This document shows, piece by piece, positions 13,252 through 25,003 of a DNA stretch of 64,000 nt. How positions within the stretch are numbered: the first letter of the stretch is position 1; each line of letters opens with the position of its first letter. The notes below the pieces were generated by a model. The model worked only from the letters and a program-made list of their open reading frames with translations. It made no database searches and had not been told where the DNA came from. A program made the position numbers and the translations under genes. The stretch is from NCBI GenBank assembly GCA_003971905.1, contig RSEE01000016.1, forward strand, positions 806,001 through 870,000. The letters run 5' to 3'. Origin of the DNA: Moniliella sp. 'wahieum' (lineage: Eukaryota).

Positions 13252-13378
13252 TGATATCCTGGCGATCCCCTGGTTCCTTGACCTTAGTGGCGCTTCCAAG
13301 TAACCCCCGCAAGATGAACGGTTCGGTTTAGACGTAGCGTTCCCCCTGTCCCAGCCTTAAGCTCTGTCAATGATATGA
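13252..13378 (+). repeat. Dispersed repeat family, copy C
   Basis: tgatatcctggcgatcccctggttcctt ... ccaagtaacccccgcaagatgaacggttcggtttagacgtagcgttccccctgtcccagccttaagctctgtcaatgatatg. Confidence 0.9.
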
Positions 13379-13496
13379 ATTCAAAGTGAAGGGCATAGCC
13401 CGCAATAATTTTGGCCCTGACACTGCCCCACTGCGACGAAATTGCCTGGTGAGAGCTTGCAACGCAGGTAGGGTTGAAACGTTGAAAGAGTCGGTC

Positions 13497-13503
13497 TATA
13501 TAA
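13497..13503 (+). promoter_or_regulatory. TATA box upstream of the U2 snRNA sequence
   Basis: TATATAA about 40 nt before the inferred U2 start. Confidence 0.55.
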
Positions 13504-13538
13504 GGAGTTGGCTGGGAGGCATCCCAATATCGTTTTCC

Positions 13539-13650
13539 CAACTCTTCTGGCCTTCTGGCTTAGATCAAGTGTAGTATCTGTTCTTAACAGTTTGACAATG
13601 TTACGCTGGGCACTGCCCGCTGTACTTGTCATTCCACTCTTTGTGATTTT
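13539..13650 (+). ncRNA. U2: U2 spliceosomal snRNA (5' ~110 nt; 3' stem-loops not recognisable, possibly a truncated copy)
   Basis: GGCCTTCTGGCTTAGATCAAGTGTAGTATCTGTTCTT matches U2 stem I and the branch-point recognition sequence GUAGUA; stem IIa TAACA/TGTTA with loop TGACA complementary to downstream TGTCA (stem IIc); Sm-like ACTCTTTG at 13636. Confidence 0.9.
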
Positions 13651-14182
13651 AATGATCCTGGTTACCCGCGACACGTGTCAGGACTCGCTTGATTAGGGCG
13701 AGATTTTCCTCTTCAAGGAATCTTCCTCGTCGAGGTGCTCTTCCTTTGACGCGAGAAGATCGGCTCTGGTGCTGCGAACCTCCATGGCGCACAGCTGGGG
13801 AAGATCGAGACCGGCGCCTGGCACTTCCTTTATGGTCATCAGCATCTCATGGATCTTGTTTGCGGATTCAAGTCGCGTCCGGTTTGGGATTTGCCCTCGG
13901 GTTGCGACCATGTTGTGGTTGTATACCGGGGGCGGGTTGTGGGTCTTTGGGGAAAGGGAAAATCGGGAGATTTGGTGATGGGGGGCGACCGGGAGGTGGC
14001 CTTGTGGGGTGGGGGACGGCAACCGGGAGGTGGCCTTGTGCGGTGGGGGACGGGCAACCGGGAGGTGGCCTTGGGGTGGAAGGGTGGGATAACTGTGGTG
14101 CTCAGGACTGGGGTTGGGGAGATCAGAGAGTCGTAGGCTCAGGGTGAGCTTCAGATTGTAACTCTAATGATCCTGGTTACCC
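13650..14182. mobile_element. 515-bp segment bracketed by an 18-bp direct repeat (possible insertion or TE remnant)
   Basis: TAATGATCCTGGTTACCC at 13650-13667 and 14165-14182; internal G-rich minisatellite; no recognisable transposase or reverse transcriptase motif. Confidence 0.4.
13989..14077 (+). repeat. 34-35 bp G-rich minisatellite, ~2.5 copies
   Basis: ccgggaggtggccttg starts at 13989, 14023 and 14058. Confidence 0.9.
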
Positions 14183-14598
14183 AGCGACGTCTTAAGTGCA
14201 GTTATGCAATGGCCGAGAGAAGACCGGAGCTGGTTGAACCCAGACTGTACAGGGTAACCCCTTCGTTGCCATCGTTGCTTGTGCATTGGCCTATTCTTCC
14301 GGCTGTTGAGGATCGTCCCTTATTCACCGAGTCCTTTGGCCCTCTTTATGGGCCTGTGCGTTCTATTAGCAACATGCTCACCTATAATATCAGCAGCCGT
14401 TATGCATTCTATTCCGAACCGTTAGGGAAATGGGCGCACCCGTCCTCCCTCTAACAGGCCCATATTAGGTGCATCAGGCTTGAGATGAAGGTGTAACAGT
14501 CAATGTTAAAATGGACGCTTTAACCGGCACAAAGAATGGTTTTCACAGTTGAAGAAGCTTTGTTGAGCGAAATGTACCAAGGTGGCGTCCTTCAAGCC

Positions 14599-15707
14599 TT
14601 ACAATGCGAGATCCACCACCACAGCCCGGTGATCCGAGTTGTACACTCCATCATCAAAACGGTTGGGAAGGACTGCATATCCCTCTACTTGCCACGGTCC
14701 AGCGAGCCGTCTTGAGAAGCAATGCCCTTTTCATCGTCCTTGGCCCCACCCGACATCAAACTGTGCGACGTTGCACGCGGGCCAGCGAGAACATAATCAT
14801 CCGACTATGCTCGTCCTGAGAGGAGAAGCCAGTAAAGGTATCCGTGTTGCCATACCGCTCGTGCGAAGGGACGAGGCCATACACATCCACTAGGGGCGAG
14901 TGTGGATTGGTGAGCGTCTGATATGCCTCTTGATGGGCTTGACTATTCAGATCTCCAGAAAGAACCACGGCATCAACTTGGCCCGAGTAAACCGGCTTGC
15001 TCAATGTAGGGATCACCTTTACCAGCTCAGGATCACGCACTTTGTCTTCCGGCAAGTATTTGGCGATTGTGGCCAAGATAATTTTGGCGCCCTTCTCCCG
15101 CGCAATAGAGCCACGGTCATCGAGATGGGTGTTCAGCGCCAATATCGTCTTGCCCGTCGCGCGATGATGCAGGACGGCTACAGTCAGGATGCGTACACTT
15201 CCGGCGTCCCACCCCTTACTCGGAATCTTGGGCGTCGGGCTGAGCCAAACCGTCTCGTACCCTTTGAGCTCGTACACAGAAGGGCGGTAAAAGATGGGCG
15301 AGTACTCGCCACGGCGGTGCCCATCGTCCCGGCCCACTCCTACATATGTCCATTCGGGCTCTGCATCCCCATGGGGAGAGAGTGGATTGAGGCCGGCCGA
15401 AAAGTCGACTAGTTGCATGTGCAGGACCTCTTGGAGGCAGATAAGAGCGGCAGAGCAGTCACGGGTATGATAGGGCCTCGGCAATGCTTCGTGGCGCCCG
15501 CACTGGCCATATCTCCTCGCCAGTAAAGGGCGCTGCGGTGGCGTAGCGGACATTGTGCGTATACACGCGCACCTTCAGCTGATTGGTGTGGCCGACAGTT
15601 GGTGCAGTGGACATTGCAGCCTTGATACGGAACCAGAGATTGAGCAAAAAGGAGATGTTCGCGAATACCAGACCAGACCAGCAGAGCACCAGCGAAACCG
15701 TTGGCAT
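14599..15707 (-). CDS. Endonuclease/exonuclease/phosphatase (EEP) family protein, frameshifted
   Basis: YTHNVRY, ICLQEV, GVGRDDG..GEYSPIFY, LNTHLD, SGDLNS and SDHRAVVVD* catalytic motifs; possible N-terminal TM segment (alternative start 15614). Confidence 0.9.
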
Positions 15708-16168
15708 TGCCAGGGCAGAGAGCAAGGGGTGGTGGTGGTGGTGGGAGGGCACGTGCGGGCCAACGCGGATCTAGCTTTGCCGCTGGCTATACATGGGGCC
15801 TAGCGAGTGCCCCGCGCCTCGTGCCTATCGATGCCGCCACACCGGGTAGGGACACGTAAGATGCGTTTTCGCTACGTAACTCGCTGTGACCCTGCAAGCT
15901 GCAACGACCAACATTCAATAGCAGCCACAGGCAACTGACGTCATCGATCGTCGGCCTGCATCATGTGTCGCTTGGTGCCTGGGCGCCCCAACAATGACCG
16001 ATTGCCTGCATCGTTCCACCTGCCCTGCGCCATTGGGTAAGGGGTACGAATATGAATATTTGAACAGGACCGCCGAGCGTGCTCCGTCAGATCATTACTC
16101 CAAGGCAATCTCCTCCGCCGGCGGACAGACCTCTGCCTGCTGCCCCATCTGTGCCTTGCCCGTGCGCC

Positions 16169-17654
16169 ATGCCACCAGACGCGCCCGACCCATCCTCCAA
16201 GTCTGCGCCGGCCCTGACGCAGGGTGAGCTCGAAGACGCGCTTTTGTCGCTGGCTGTCGAGGCACGTGCGCTGCTTGGCCTCGTTCCTTCCTCCTACACC
16301 CCACGCGGCAAGATTGACGGCATCGACACTTTCGATGTTGACCGACGCAAGGTTACAGCCCATGGCATTGAGGATGCTGGCCTAGGAGATAAAGAACGGG
16401 ACCACCCTGCTCACCGGTTTGCGGTATTGGGCACCGGTGTTCGCCTCTATCCTCCCTCGGCTCTCGAATTTGCTCGGGTGGTTGCCGCCCATGCTCCCGC
16501 CGTCTTTGCCGGCGTTCCTGAAGCACTTTTTCCCCGCGCATGGGCCAAATGGAACGACACTTCTTACCTCCTGTCCCGCATGGGTGACCGCAAGGTCAAG
16601 GTTGCTTTCACTCCCAATGGCCGCGCTGACGACATTGTCACCCTTCCTGCTGGCACCCAAGGGCCATCCACGGACAACAAGGTCTTCGCTCTGCCATACG
16701 AAGCCGAGCTGTCCGTATCCCATCCCTCCGTCCGCGTTGACCAAGGCATTTACTGACATTTCTTTTCCTACCCTCTTAGCACATTTACAGAGCTTTTTGA
16801 TGCTCTGCACCCTCCGGATGGCTCGGATGGCCCGGCTGCCTACTTGCAATCCCAAAACAACAATCTCTGCAGTCCCGACCACTCCGAGGGTGATTTTTCT
16901 CCTCTACTAGAGGACCTCCTGAGCACCTCTGTTGATCTCCCTTCTGGAACCCACCCAAGGGGGGATGAATCTGACGGGGCTAGTACCTCCTCTGGTACGC
17001 TTCCCGGCGCATGCTTCGCATTCTACCAATGGACCTCACTTGCTCGACGTGCCCTTTGCGTCGGCAGTGTATGGCGTCCCACCCGAGGCAGTCAACGTAT
17101 GGTTTGGTACGACAACGAGCGCCAGTTCGTTACACAAGGATCACTATGAAAACATCTTTGTCGTCATCAAAGGCATCAAAGTATTCACTCTTATTCCGCC
17201 TTGGGAAAACGCTTGGATCGAGGATGACAAGGTGTACCCCACCTACCGTTGGGCGCGCAAGGATGGCCAAACGACGCGGCCCCATTTCGCCTCCGACTTG
17301 CATCTGGTCCAGACTGATGGCTCGACCCCTTGGCTCACGGTGGATCCCACTCTTCCTCCTACCTCGGGTAGGAACCGAGGTGAAAAGAGATATGCACGTG
17401 GCCAACGCACCCACCTCATCCCTCCCATTAGGGTGGTGGTTCGAGCTGGAGAGACACTTTACCTCCCTGCTGGGTGGTACCACCACGTATCTCAAGCGGA
17501 AGATGTGTCGCCCAACCCAAAGGAGACGGCCGTGATCGGGCTCAACTTTTGGTACGATGTACCCCTCAATGATCGCTGGGCCTGGACCAACTTTGCTACT
17601 ACCTTGCGCCAGCAAGCCGATGGTACGCACAACCCGGACACGGACGAAGCCTGA
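16169..17654 (+). CDS. JmjC/cupin-like 2-oxoglutarate oxygenase, JMJD7-like
   Basis: VAFTPNGRAD, QSQNNNL, SLHKDHYENIFVV (HxD), VRAGETLYLPAGWYHHVSQ (distal His), NFWYD; intron 16715-16779. Confidence 0.88.
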
Positions 17655-18053
17655 GCCCATTACCATTTATTTCAGTCTCAGGATGATGGATATAACTTGC
17701 CGTCCTCTCGCTATGCAGATGAATTCGGTATTTAGATTGGCCATGACGGTCATGCCACGCCAGGTTCGTACATTATCTGCACCACCTGCCTGGCTGGAGA
17801 CAACTTAGCCCTTGATGGGAGGAGGAAAGGACAAAATGGGCGAATCCTCCGACGGACAAAAAGATGAAGAAGACACCGCCTCTCCTTGCCCGGGACAATG
17901 GCGGCCCAAAACGGACCTCGTTCCCGAGTCAAGGGCGAATTCATCGAATCAACGGAGAATGTAGTAGTATACTTGGGAAAATCGAATCTTGAGATGGGAT
18001 AGTATGCTACAAAGTTCGTGTCCACAAACACAATTCCAAATAAAGCCAATGCG

Positions 18054-19886
18054 TCACTCGGCCCAGCGGGCTCCCAAGGTGGCTAATCCTGCAAAAGTGG
18101 CCATCGCACCAAACAACCCACCGACAAGCCAATCCTGCACGCGCTCGGGAGCGAGACCCCGCTTTTTCTTGCGGGGCGGGAGTGACGAAACAGGCATTAT
18201 CGCATCCACAGACGTATCCTCTTCGCACTCATCTTCGAAGCTGCTTCTCTTGCGCTTGCCATGATCGCTGCTGCTGGGCATGACCAACGTACAGTCCCCG
18301 CCTCCGTTCTCGCCTCCATGCTCAACACTGTCGGCGAGCGCATCCGTCTCAGTTGTGTCCCCAAGATGGTCAGTAGACGCAGAAGCGTCGAGGACAAGGC
18401 CGCTCGGCCTGAGATGTATGCAGAGGTAACAGCGACGGCGGAGCGAGCAAGGATAGAGAAGCTGATTGAGGGGTGGGGGCGATATCGCTTTCTTGGCTGT
18501 CATTGGTGCTGCTGCTGTTGGGTGCAACTAGCGTTTCATCCCCATCGCCAGCTTCAACCTCATCCTCATCCCTTCCTCGTCCTCATGGCCATTTGCTGGT
18601 GGTCCAGGTTGGTTCGGATCAGGAGACACAAAGGGTACTTGGAGGGGCAAGTCCGAAGATGGCGAAGGCAACAAGGAGAAAACCATATTTTCTTCGGCAG
18701 CTGGAGCCGGGAGGGATAGAGGAAGCCGCGGTGTTAAATGCTCCCTGGTCACTCGTCGCGTCGACCCAGAAGACCTGTGAGCCAAAAGTTAGTACTTTGA
18801 TCCTTTGCGCGGCACAACAACAGGGGACGTACCGCTGCACTCATATTGCGGTGTAATGTGTTGATGCTGCGGCCTCTCTGGTGCCGGCCGAGTGAGATCA
18901 CCGTCGACTCTGGTTTACGCCAGTCAGATTTCTCATAGCGAGGCTTCTGGCAATGGAGTTGACGTCCCGCTGGCAGTCTCCGTGAATCGAATGGACCAAC
19001 GTCCCATGGGTCGAACCTAGGTCTTGGACTCTCATTCGTCCGTTGGGATCTAACGCGAGAAAGATGCTCGCATGGTCAGCTGATACAACGCGCGACGTTG
19101 CCGCAACAGAGTGGGCCGTCCATGAGAAATGAGCGAGAGTGGTCCAGCATTGATCGATACTGTCCCACATTTCCCTGCAAAGGAGTCTGAACCTGAGGCT
19201 TCCATAACCTCAAAGGTCGCCGTGGGCGAAGATTGCGTGACACCACGGCGGCACAAAAGGGTTAGGTGAACCGTGATCCCATTGCGTCCAACCTGGACAC
19301 GCGCCAGAGTTGTAGTGCGCACAAAGATCGAAGGGTCGAGTCCAGTGGCCGAGGGAAGTTGGAAGCGCAGCTCTTCGACTTGACTCGCCTTCTCCTTCCC
19401 CGGCCCGAGTCCGTCCGAAGGGGAAACGATTTGCCAGTGTGGATGCTTGACATGCATGACCGCATCCAAGCAAAAGGCAGGGTGGTACCACGCGTGCAAC
19501 AGGGTGGGGATGCCCCGTTGAAGCAGTGCCGGTCTGGAGCTTTGAGCCTGGACCACGTCCCCTTTCGTATCCAGTCCACCATCCCAGAAACGCAGGACCA
19601 GCTGGGGGCCGTTGGCCCACAACAGCCTCATCTTTGTGCCATTGACCAAGCCCACTGCAGAAGTCCGTCCATTCGTTCCAGATCCACTCGGGTCGGCACG
19701 GATGGGGAAGTCAAAGCCGCCCAAGGCCATCGGGGCCCAAAGAGGTGGAAAGGAGCGGTTCATGGCACTGTTTCCTTGAATAGGCGTCCAGTCCACATCC
19801 GGCTCATCGAGAAAACAATGAGAGAGTGCAGGCGGGATCTTCGATGACGCACCATCTTGGGGGAGGTGACGCATGGACGGGTACAT
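18054..19886 (-). CDS. FHA-domain protein with C-terminal transmembrane anchor (frameshifted)
   Basis: FHA-like VVSADHASI..VQDLGSTHGT at ~19090-19000; KRKR/RKKKR basic patches followed by hydrophobic tail WLVGGLFGAMATFAGLATLG; start approximate. Confidence 0.6.
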
Positions 19887-20643
19887 GGGATTGCTAGGAG
19901 GGGTGCGAGGACCGTGGGGGAGGCATCGGCGAGAACCGGGATGGCCACAGCGGGGAGGAGGGGAAAGGCATTGATCGGCGTTCAAGTATTGGGCTGCCGA
20001 GGAAGACGGTAGAGGTGGAGGGATTGGTGCTCAAGCTTATGTGCTGAAGGACGTAGGTGGTGGTGGGGAGCTGACAGTCCGCGGCAACGATAGCACCTCC
20101 CTCACCTTAAATAGGCCGGCCTCCTCCCAGGGCGCTGCGGTCTGCTGCTGCCGTGGCGGGCAGCACGCGGGCAGTGCGCAGCCTGGATGCGGATGGATGA
20201 GCACAGTGCGGGGGTGCTGCTGCGTGGTTAAATGACGGGCGGCCTGGGCAGCCTGGTGGCCCTAGCCCTAGCGCCCAGCGCAGCGCCAGACGACGGACAA
20301 CCGATGAGCAGTGACCGGTGATCCCCCCCCCGGTCGGTGTGCTGTGTCCACTGGGGCGCTGTGCCGGGGTGGCTTGACCGCCAGTGCAATCACAGCACGC
20401 TCACGCAGACCCCCATCGGCATATCAATGTCACCGCCACTATCGCCAACCGCCCCCCCTCGTGCCCCAACTGCCCCTGCCCCACACCCCCTTCTCTGTGC
20501 AAGCGGCTGCGTCAGATGCGTGCATATACATTCCGAGCGAGCTCCATCCAATAGCAGGCAACCTCTTCCTAGGTGCATCCACACATGAGCACCATCGCCC
20601 AGCTGGAGCCCCAGGCCGCAATTCATCCCCATCGCCCCCCACT

Positions 20644-23314
20644 CTATGCTTGAGCCGGGGGTAGCCAGTCCCCATCACGCCATTCCCTGTGCTCCTTCCA
20701 CGCCCTGCCTTGCCCCGGCCCCGGCTCCCACTGCCAGCAGGCGCATCCGCACGGGGCAGGGGAGGGACCGCAGCATACAGCGACGCCGCAGCAGGCTCGA
20801 CCCCAGCAACGTGCGGGGCGGCCATCGGGTGGCCTTGATCCCTAACGGCGGGGATGGCGGCCGCGACCTCTTCCTCTTCCTCTCTTCCTTCTCCCCTCTC
20901 CATCCTCCTCCAAGTTGGGCTTGCGGTGGAACTTGTACACGTGCTGGCTGAGCGCATGACGCGTCGGACCAGCGTAGTCGTTGCATATAGTGCACTCGTA
21001 CGGCCGCGGTCCCGCATGAATCCGCATGTGCCAGGCAAGGGCGGGAGGAGAGCGAACGACGCGGCCGCAAATGGAGCAAGTGATGCCTTCACCCTTCTTG
21101 CCCTTAGTACCAGGCTTCGATGAGGGGCGAGAGCTAGCAGTAGAGCGGGCCCGCTTCGCCTGTGCCCCCCCCAACCGAGCTGCCTGGGCGAGTTCTTCAT
21201 AGCCGCATGTGGGGCTGCAAAGCCAGTGGATGCCTTTCCCTTTGCAGAGGGAAGAGCGTCTGAGTCCGTGGCAGATTTGCGCCGCGCCTTGGAGTTCTCC
21301 TCGCGATGATGCTTGTAGATGTGTTGGTGAAGAGCATGACGGGTGGGGCCTGCATACTCTGAGCAGAGTACACTGGAACGGCCGAGGCCCTTCATGAGTG
21401 CGGATGTGCCAAGCTAAGGCTGGAGGTGAGCGAACACTTCGCCCACACATGGGGCATGTCAAGGCCGAGCTTCCCTGCGCATCGCCACCAACACGCTTCG
21501 CACTCGCGCCAGGCGGTTTTCCCTGGGCACCGGAACCATTGAGGCCAGTAGGAGGCTACCTACCCCGTTCCCAGCCACCGCTGCATACCCGTAGCGTGGG
21601 CAGACCCCGCGGTAGCCATAGGTGCAAAGGAGGACTCATCTTGCTCATCGGCACGAAGACGGGATCGCTTCTTTCCCCGGGCGGGCTGCTGAGCTCCCCG
21701 TTTGGACTTTGCACCTTGAGAATTGGTAGCTGGAGCGTTCGGATAAGCTGCATTCTCCATTGGGTGACGAACGTCAGGGGGCAAATGAGAGCCGGTTTGA
21801 GGGAAGCCAGGGTACTCCGGATTTTCCCAGGCGCAGTACCCTTGTATCGACCCGCATCTGATGGGCGAGGGGTTGCCTGGTTCAACCCCGAACGCTTGGA
21901 CCGCGACGCTTTCGATATAGATTTGGGGTTGACCGACATTACGCCGGGACTGATTGAAGTAACGGGGGCCGACGGGTCTGTTCCGCCGACGAGGCAGAAT
22001 GGTGGTGGGCCGAGTAATAGGGAGAAGACTGGACCGAAGACCCTGACTTTGACGCCGACGAGGCATGCTGAGCTTGCGCTGTAGCATGGACACGCCCGAT
22101 GGTAACCCCGACGCAGAGGACGAAGGCAGGATACCCGATCCCGCCAGCGTGGCCGCCGGAGGCAAGCTAGGAACCGTGACCGGCAGGGCTGGTTCCAGGA
22201 AAGGAGACACCTCATTGGATCCCACAGCAGACGCAACGCTGGCGCGGGCCTGGGTGCGCCTGCGCCCACTGGGCCGTGAGGGTCGCCGCGATGAAGCGGG
22301 AACAGTAGTAGGAGGAAGATTAGATTCCGGTTCCACGCCACTAAGACCCGAGGAGGCAGGGAGCCTTGGAGTCCAATATTGGCCGAAGCAGCCAGCCTAC
22401 AGGGGACATTGCCGCATGAGTTGGAGTCATGTTGGGGTGATGATGGGGCCCGGGTTGGAGAGCATGTGGGGGGATGGGGCGTACATATGTTGCCCGTATT
22501 GGCCAAACTGGGAAGAATACTGTGGCTGCACGACCTCGGTTTGGATCTGTGCCTGCATCTGTGCTTGCACCTGGGCCTGGGCTTGTGCCTGAGCTTGGGC
22601 TTGAGCTTGGGCCTCCGCCTGGGCTTGAGCTTGAGCTTGAGCTTGGGCCTGCGCATGCGCCTGGGCGTCAACTTGTGCTTGAGCTTGGTGCTGCGCGTAA
22701 TGTTGCTGGTACTGCATATGCGACGGGGTATACTGATCGTACGGTGAAGATTGCGTATACTGGGGTGACGGGCCTGGAGCAGGAGGCGGAGGTAGAGGAT
22801 GAGGCTGCGTTGTGATCCATGTATCTGGGGAGGAGGGAGAGCAGGGGATGCAGTCGGAGGGGGTGACCAGCCCCATGAACGTCGGGATAGAATCGCTTGG
22901 ATCTCGAGTCCTCCTCCAAGTTCTGGAAGGCCAGCATAGGATCCGGGAGGCCCATGTATCCCCCTGCGTACGAGACGAAGGATCGTTACGCACTACACGC
23001 CCGTCGTACCCGCGCATCTCACTCATGCCAGGATGGAAGCCGGAAGGATGAGAAGCGTGCTGAGAGGGATGCGATAGAGCGTGCTGAGCCAGTGACGAGG
23101 CACCGGGGCCGCCCGTCTGAGCTTGGGACAAAGCGGAATAGTTGTGCGGCACGGTAGACGCGCCGGCAGCGGTGGCAACACCGTGGGTGTAGCCGTGTGC
23201 AGCAGGCGGCACACCGCTGCTGCTGGCCATCGAGGGGGCGGGGGCGCGTGCATAGGGGGCGGTGGGGAAGACGCGGTCATCGGCCCCACGTGTCGGCCAG
23301 CGGTCGCGGGACAT
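20644..23314 (-). CDS. C2H2 zinc-finger transcription factor with poly-(QA) tract (frameshifted)
   Basis: Two finger pairs, CPMCGR..LAWHIRTHEGPRPFQC and CSICGR..LAWHMRIHAGPRPYECTIC..HVYKFH; QAQAQ tract ~22550-22690; both ends approximate. Confidence 0.75.
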
Positions 23315-23659
23315 GGATCCACGCGAGACAGAAGGGGGAGTGGGGGGGGGAAGGGCGGGGGGCGCTGCGGGAGGTGGTGGCGTGCGGGAGCGCGTCGGAG
23401 AGCCCGCGCGCCATAAGCCATGACGAACATCCACAGCACAGCACAGCTGGGCACAACCCACAAGCGGCACAACCGGGGCCAGGCTGCACATGCGACGCAT
23501 CACACAGGCGCCAGGCGGTGGCGGATTCGGAGCTCGAGAGCAGCCCAGTGCGCCGCACCAGCCCGCGTCGAGCAGTGTGCTTGCGTAAGAAACGAGGCTT
23601 GAAAGCGGTATCTTCCTGCGCTGCACGGGCGGCCTAGGGCTCGGGCGCGCGCTCAGGCC

Positions 23660-23851
23660 GGGCGCTGAGCCTCAGCCAGGCAGCGCGGGGGCGCTGAGGC
23701 CTCCTGAGGCCTGGGGCTCAGGTCGGCCTGAGAAAGGCGCTCGCTCAGCTCAGCGCTGAGCGGCTGTGGCTGAGGCTCAGCGCTTCACGCGCTAAGCCCT
23801 GGAATGCGAACGTTTCAAGTTGACACGAGGTGTTCGCGTTTTGAAATTTGA
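23660..23851. repeat. GCGC/GGCC-core palindrome array cluster between divergent genes
   Basis: Many ctgag/ctcag units; TCA GCGC TGA at ~23750; TGA AATT TGA at 23842. Confidence 0.8.
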
Positions 23852-24327
23852 CCCCGTCCCAACACCTGGCGGCAGAGCCGCGTCACGATCAATACGCCTG
23901 TTGATGACGTTGGGGTACTCGGAGCACACTTTGGATTGGCGACGACACAGGCAAGTGAGAAGTGCAACACGCCATCACCCCCGCCACCTCGAGGTTCGTC
24001 TGCAGCGCTGCCATCGCCTGACCCTTACTACTTCAATCGGCTGCGTGTGGTTTGCCCATACTGAATACTGGTCTCAGATCTCAGACTGATGAATGCTCCA
24101 CGTCCAGCGGGGCCAACTAGCAACTGAGCTTTTGAAACCAACTTGCCAACCAACTTGGCCGGCATCACCTGCATCACCGGCCGATCGTCCATCATCGATT
24201 ATCCCGCTCCACCGCAAGCCGCAGCAGGCTGTTGGCGTACCGCCACCATCATCCCTCCGCGCCGTTAACAGTCACCCTTTGCAGCCGTCCACCTTTTCCC
24301 ATCGCCAGCCAACAGCTAGGTCTGAGT

Positions 24328-25003
24328 ATGTCTGATCCGTATGACGACTATGCGGCCGATGTTGGTCAGCACTGGCCCATGCACGCCAACTGGCATCCGC
24401 GCGAGACCGCACGTCGCTCCAGTCGGCTCTCGACGCATTGAGGATGGACCTTGACGACCTCCGTGCTGCCGTTGAGGTGGCAGCTGCCCAATCGTCTCGA
24501 TTTGGATTGTCTCCGGAGGATGTGGAAGCGCGAAAACGGTTTGTAGACAAGGCGTACACCGAAATGGGCCTCTTGGCTCGCACACTCGACGTGGCAGAGG
24601 GTACCAGCGACCGGAAGGTGCAAGATCCAGAGGCCGACCCTGCTTTGGCGGACGAGGGAACAAGTTGGCGGATGACCAAGTTGATGACTTTGCTCAGTTC
24701 GAAATGGCGCACCAGGATACACTCTTTGATGCCCAAGAGGAGACACTGGGTTTGCTGGGAGGGACTCTAAGCTCACTCCAGCGCCAAGCAGGGCACTTTG
24801 GCGATGAACTCGCCACCCAGACTGAATTGTTTGAGACGTTGACATGGAGCTAGATCAAACCCAGTCCAAACTCCAGCGGGCAATGGCCGCATGGATACTT
24901 TTATCCGTCATACCGATGGCCGCCTTGGCGGTTGGTGCGTCTGGCTCTTGATTTTGGTGCGTTGAGTGTTCTCTTCATTGGCACATGCCGAGCTATGCGC
25001 TGA
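24328..25003 (+). CDS. TLG1: t-SNARE, syntaxin-6/Tlg1 family (frameshifted)
   Basis: MSDPY start; Syntaxin-6_N-like DLDDLRAAV...RFGLSPEDVEARKRFV; Qc-SNARE heptads QEETLGLLGGTLSSLQRQAGHFGDELATQ; C-terminal TM WCVWLLILV. Confidence 0.85.

Noticed and set aside
13989..14077. 34-35 bp periodic repeat as a CRISPR array
   Set aside because: The intervening parts are near-identical rather than unique spacers; eukaryotic context; no cas genes.
14175..14258. GGTTACCC...GGGTAACC closing an 84-nt tRNA-like fold
   Set aside because: No D-loop GG, no TTCGA T-loop and no anticodon arm geometry.
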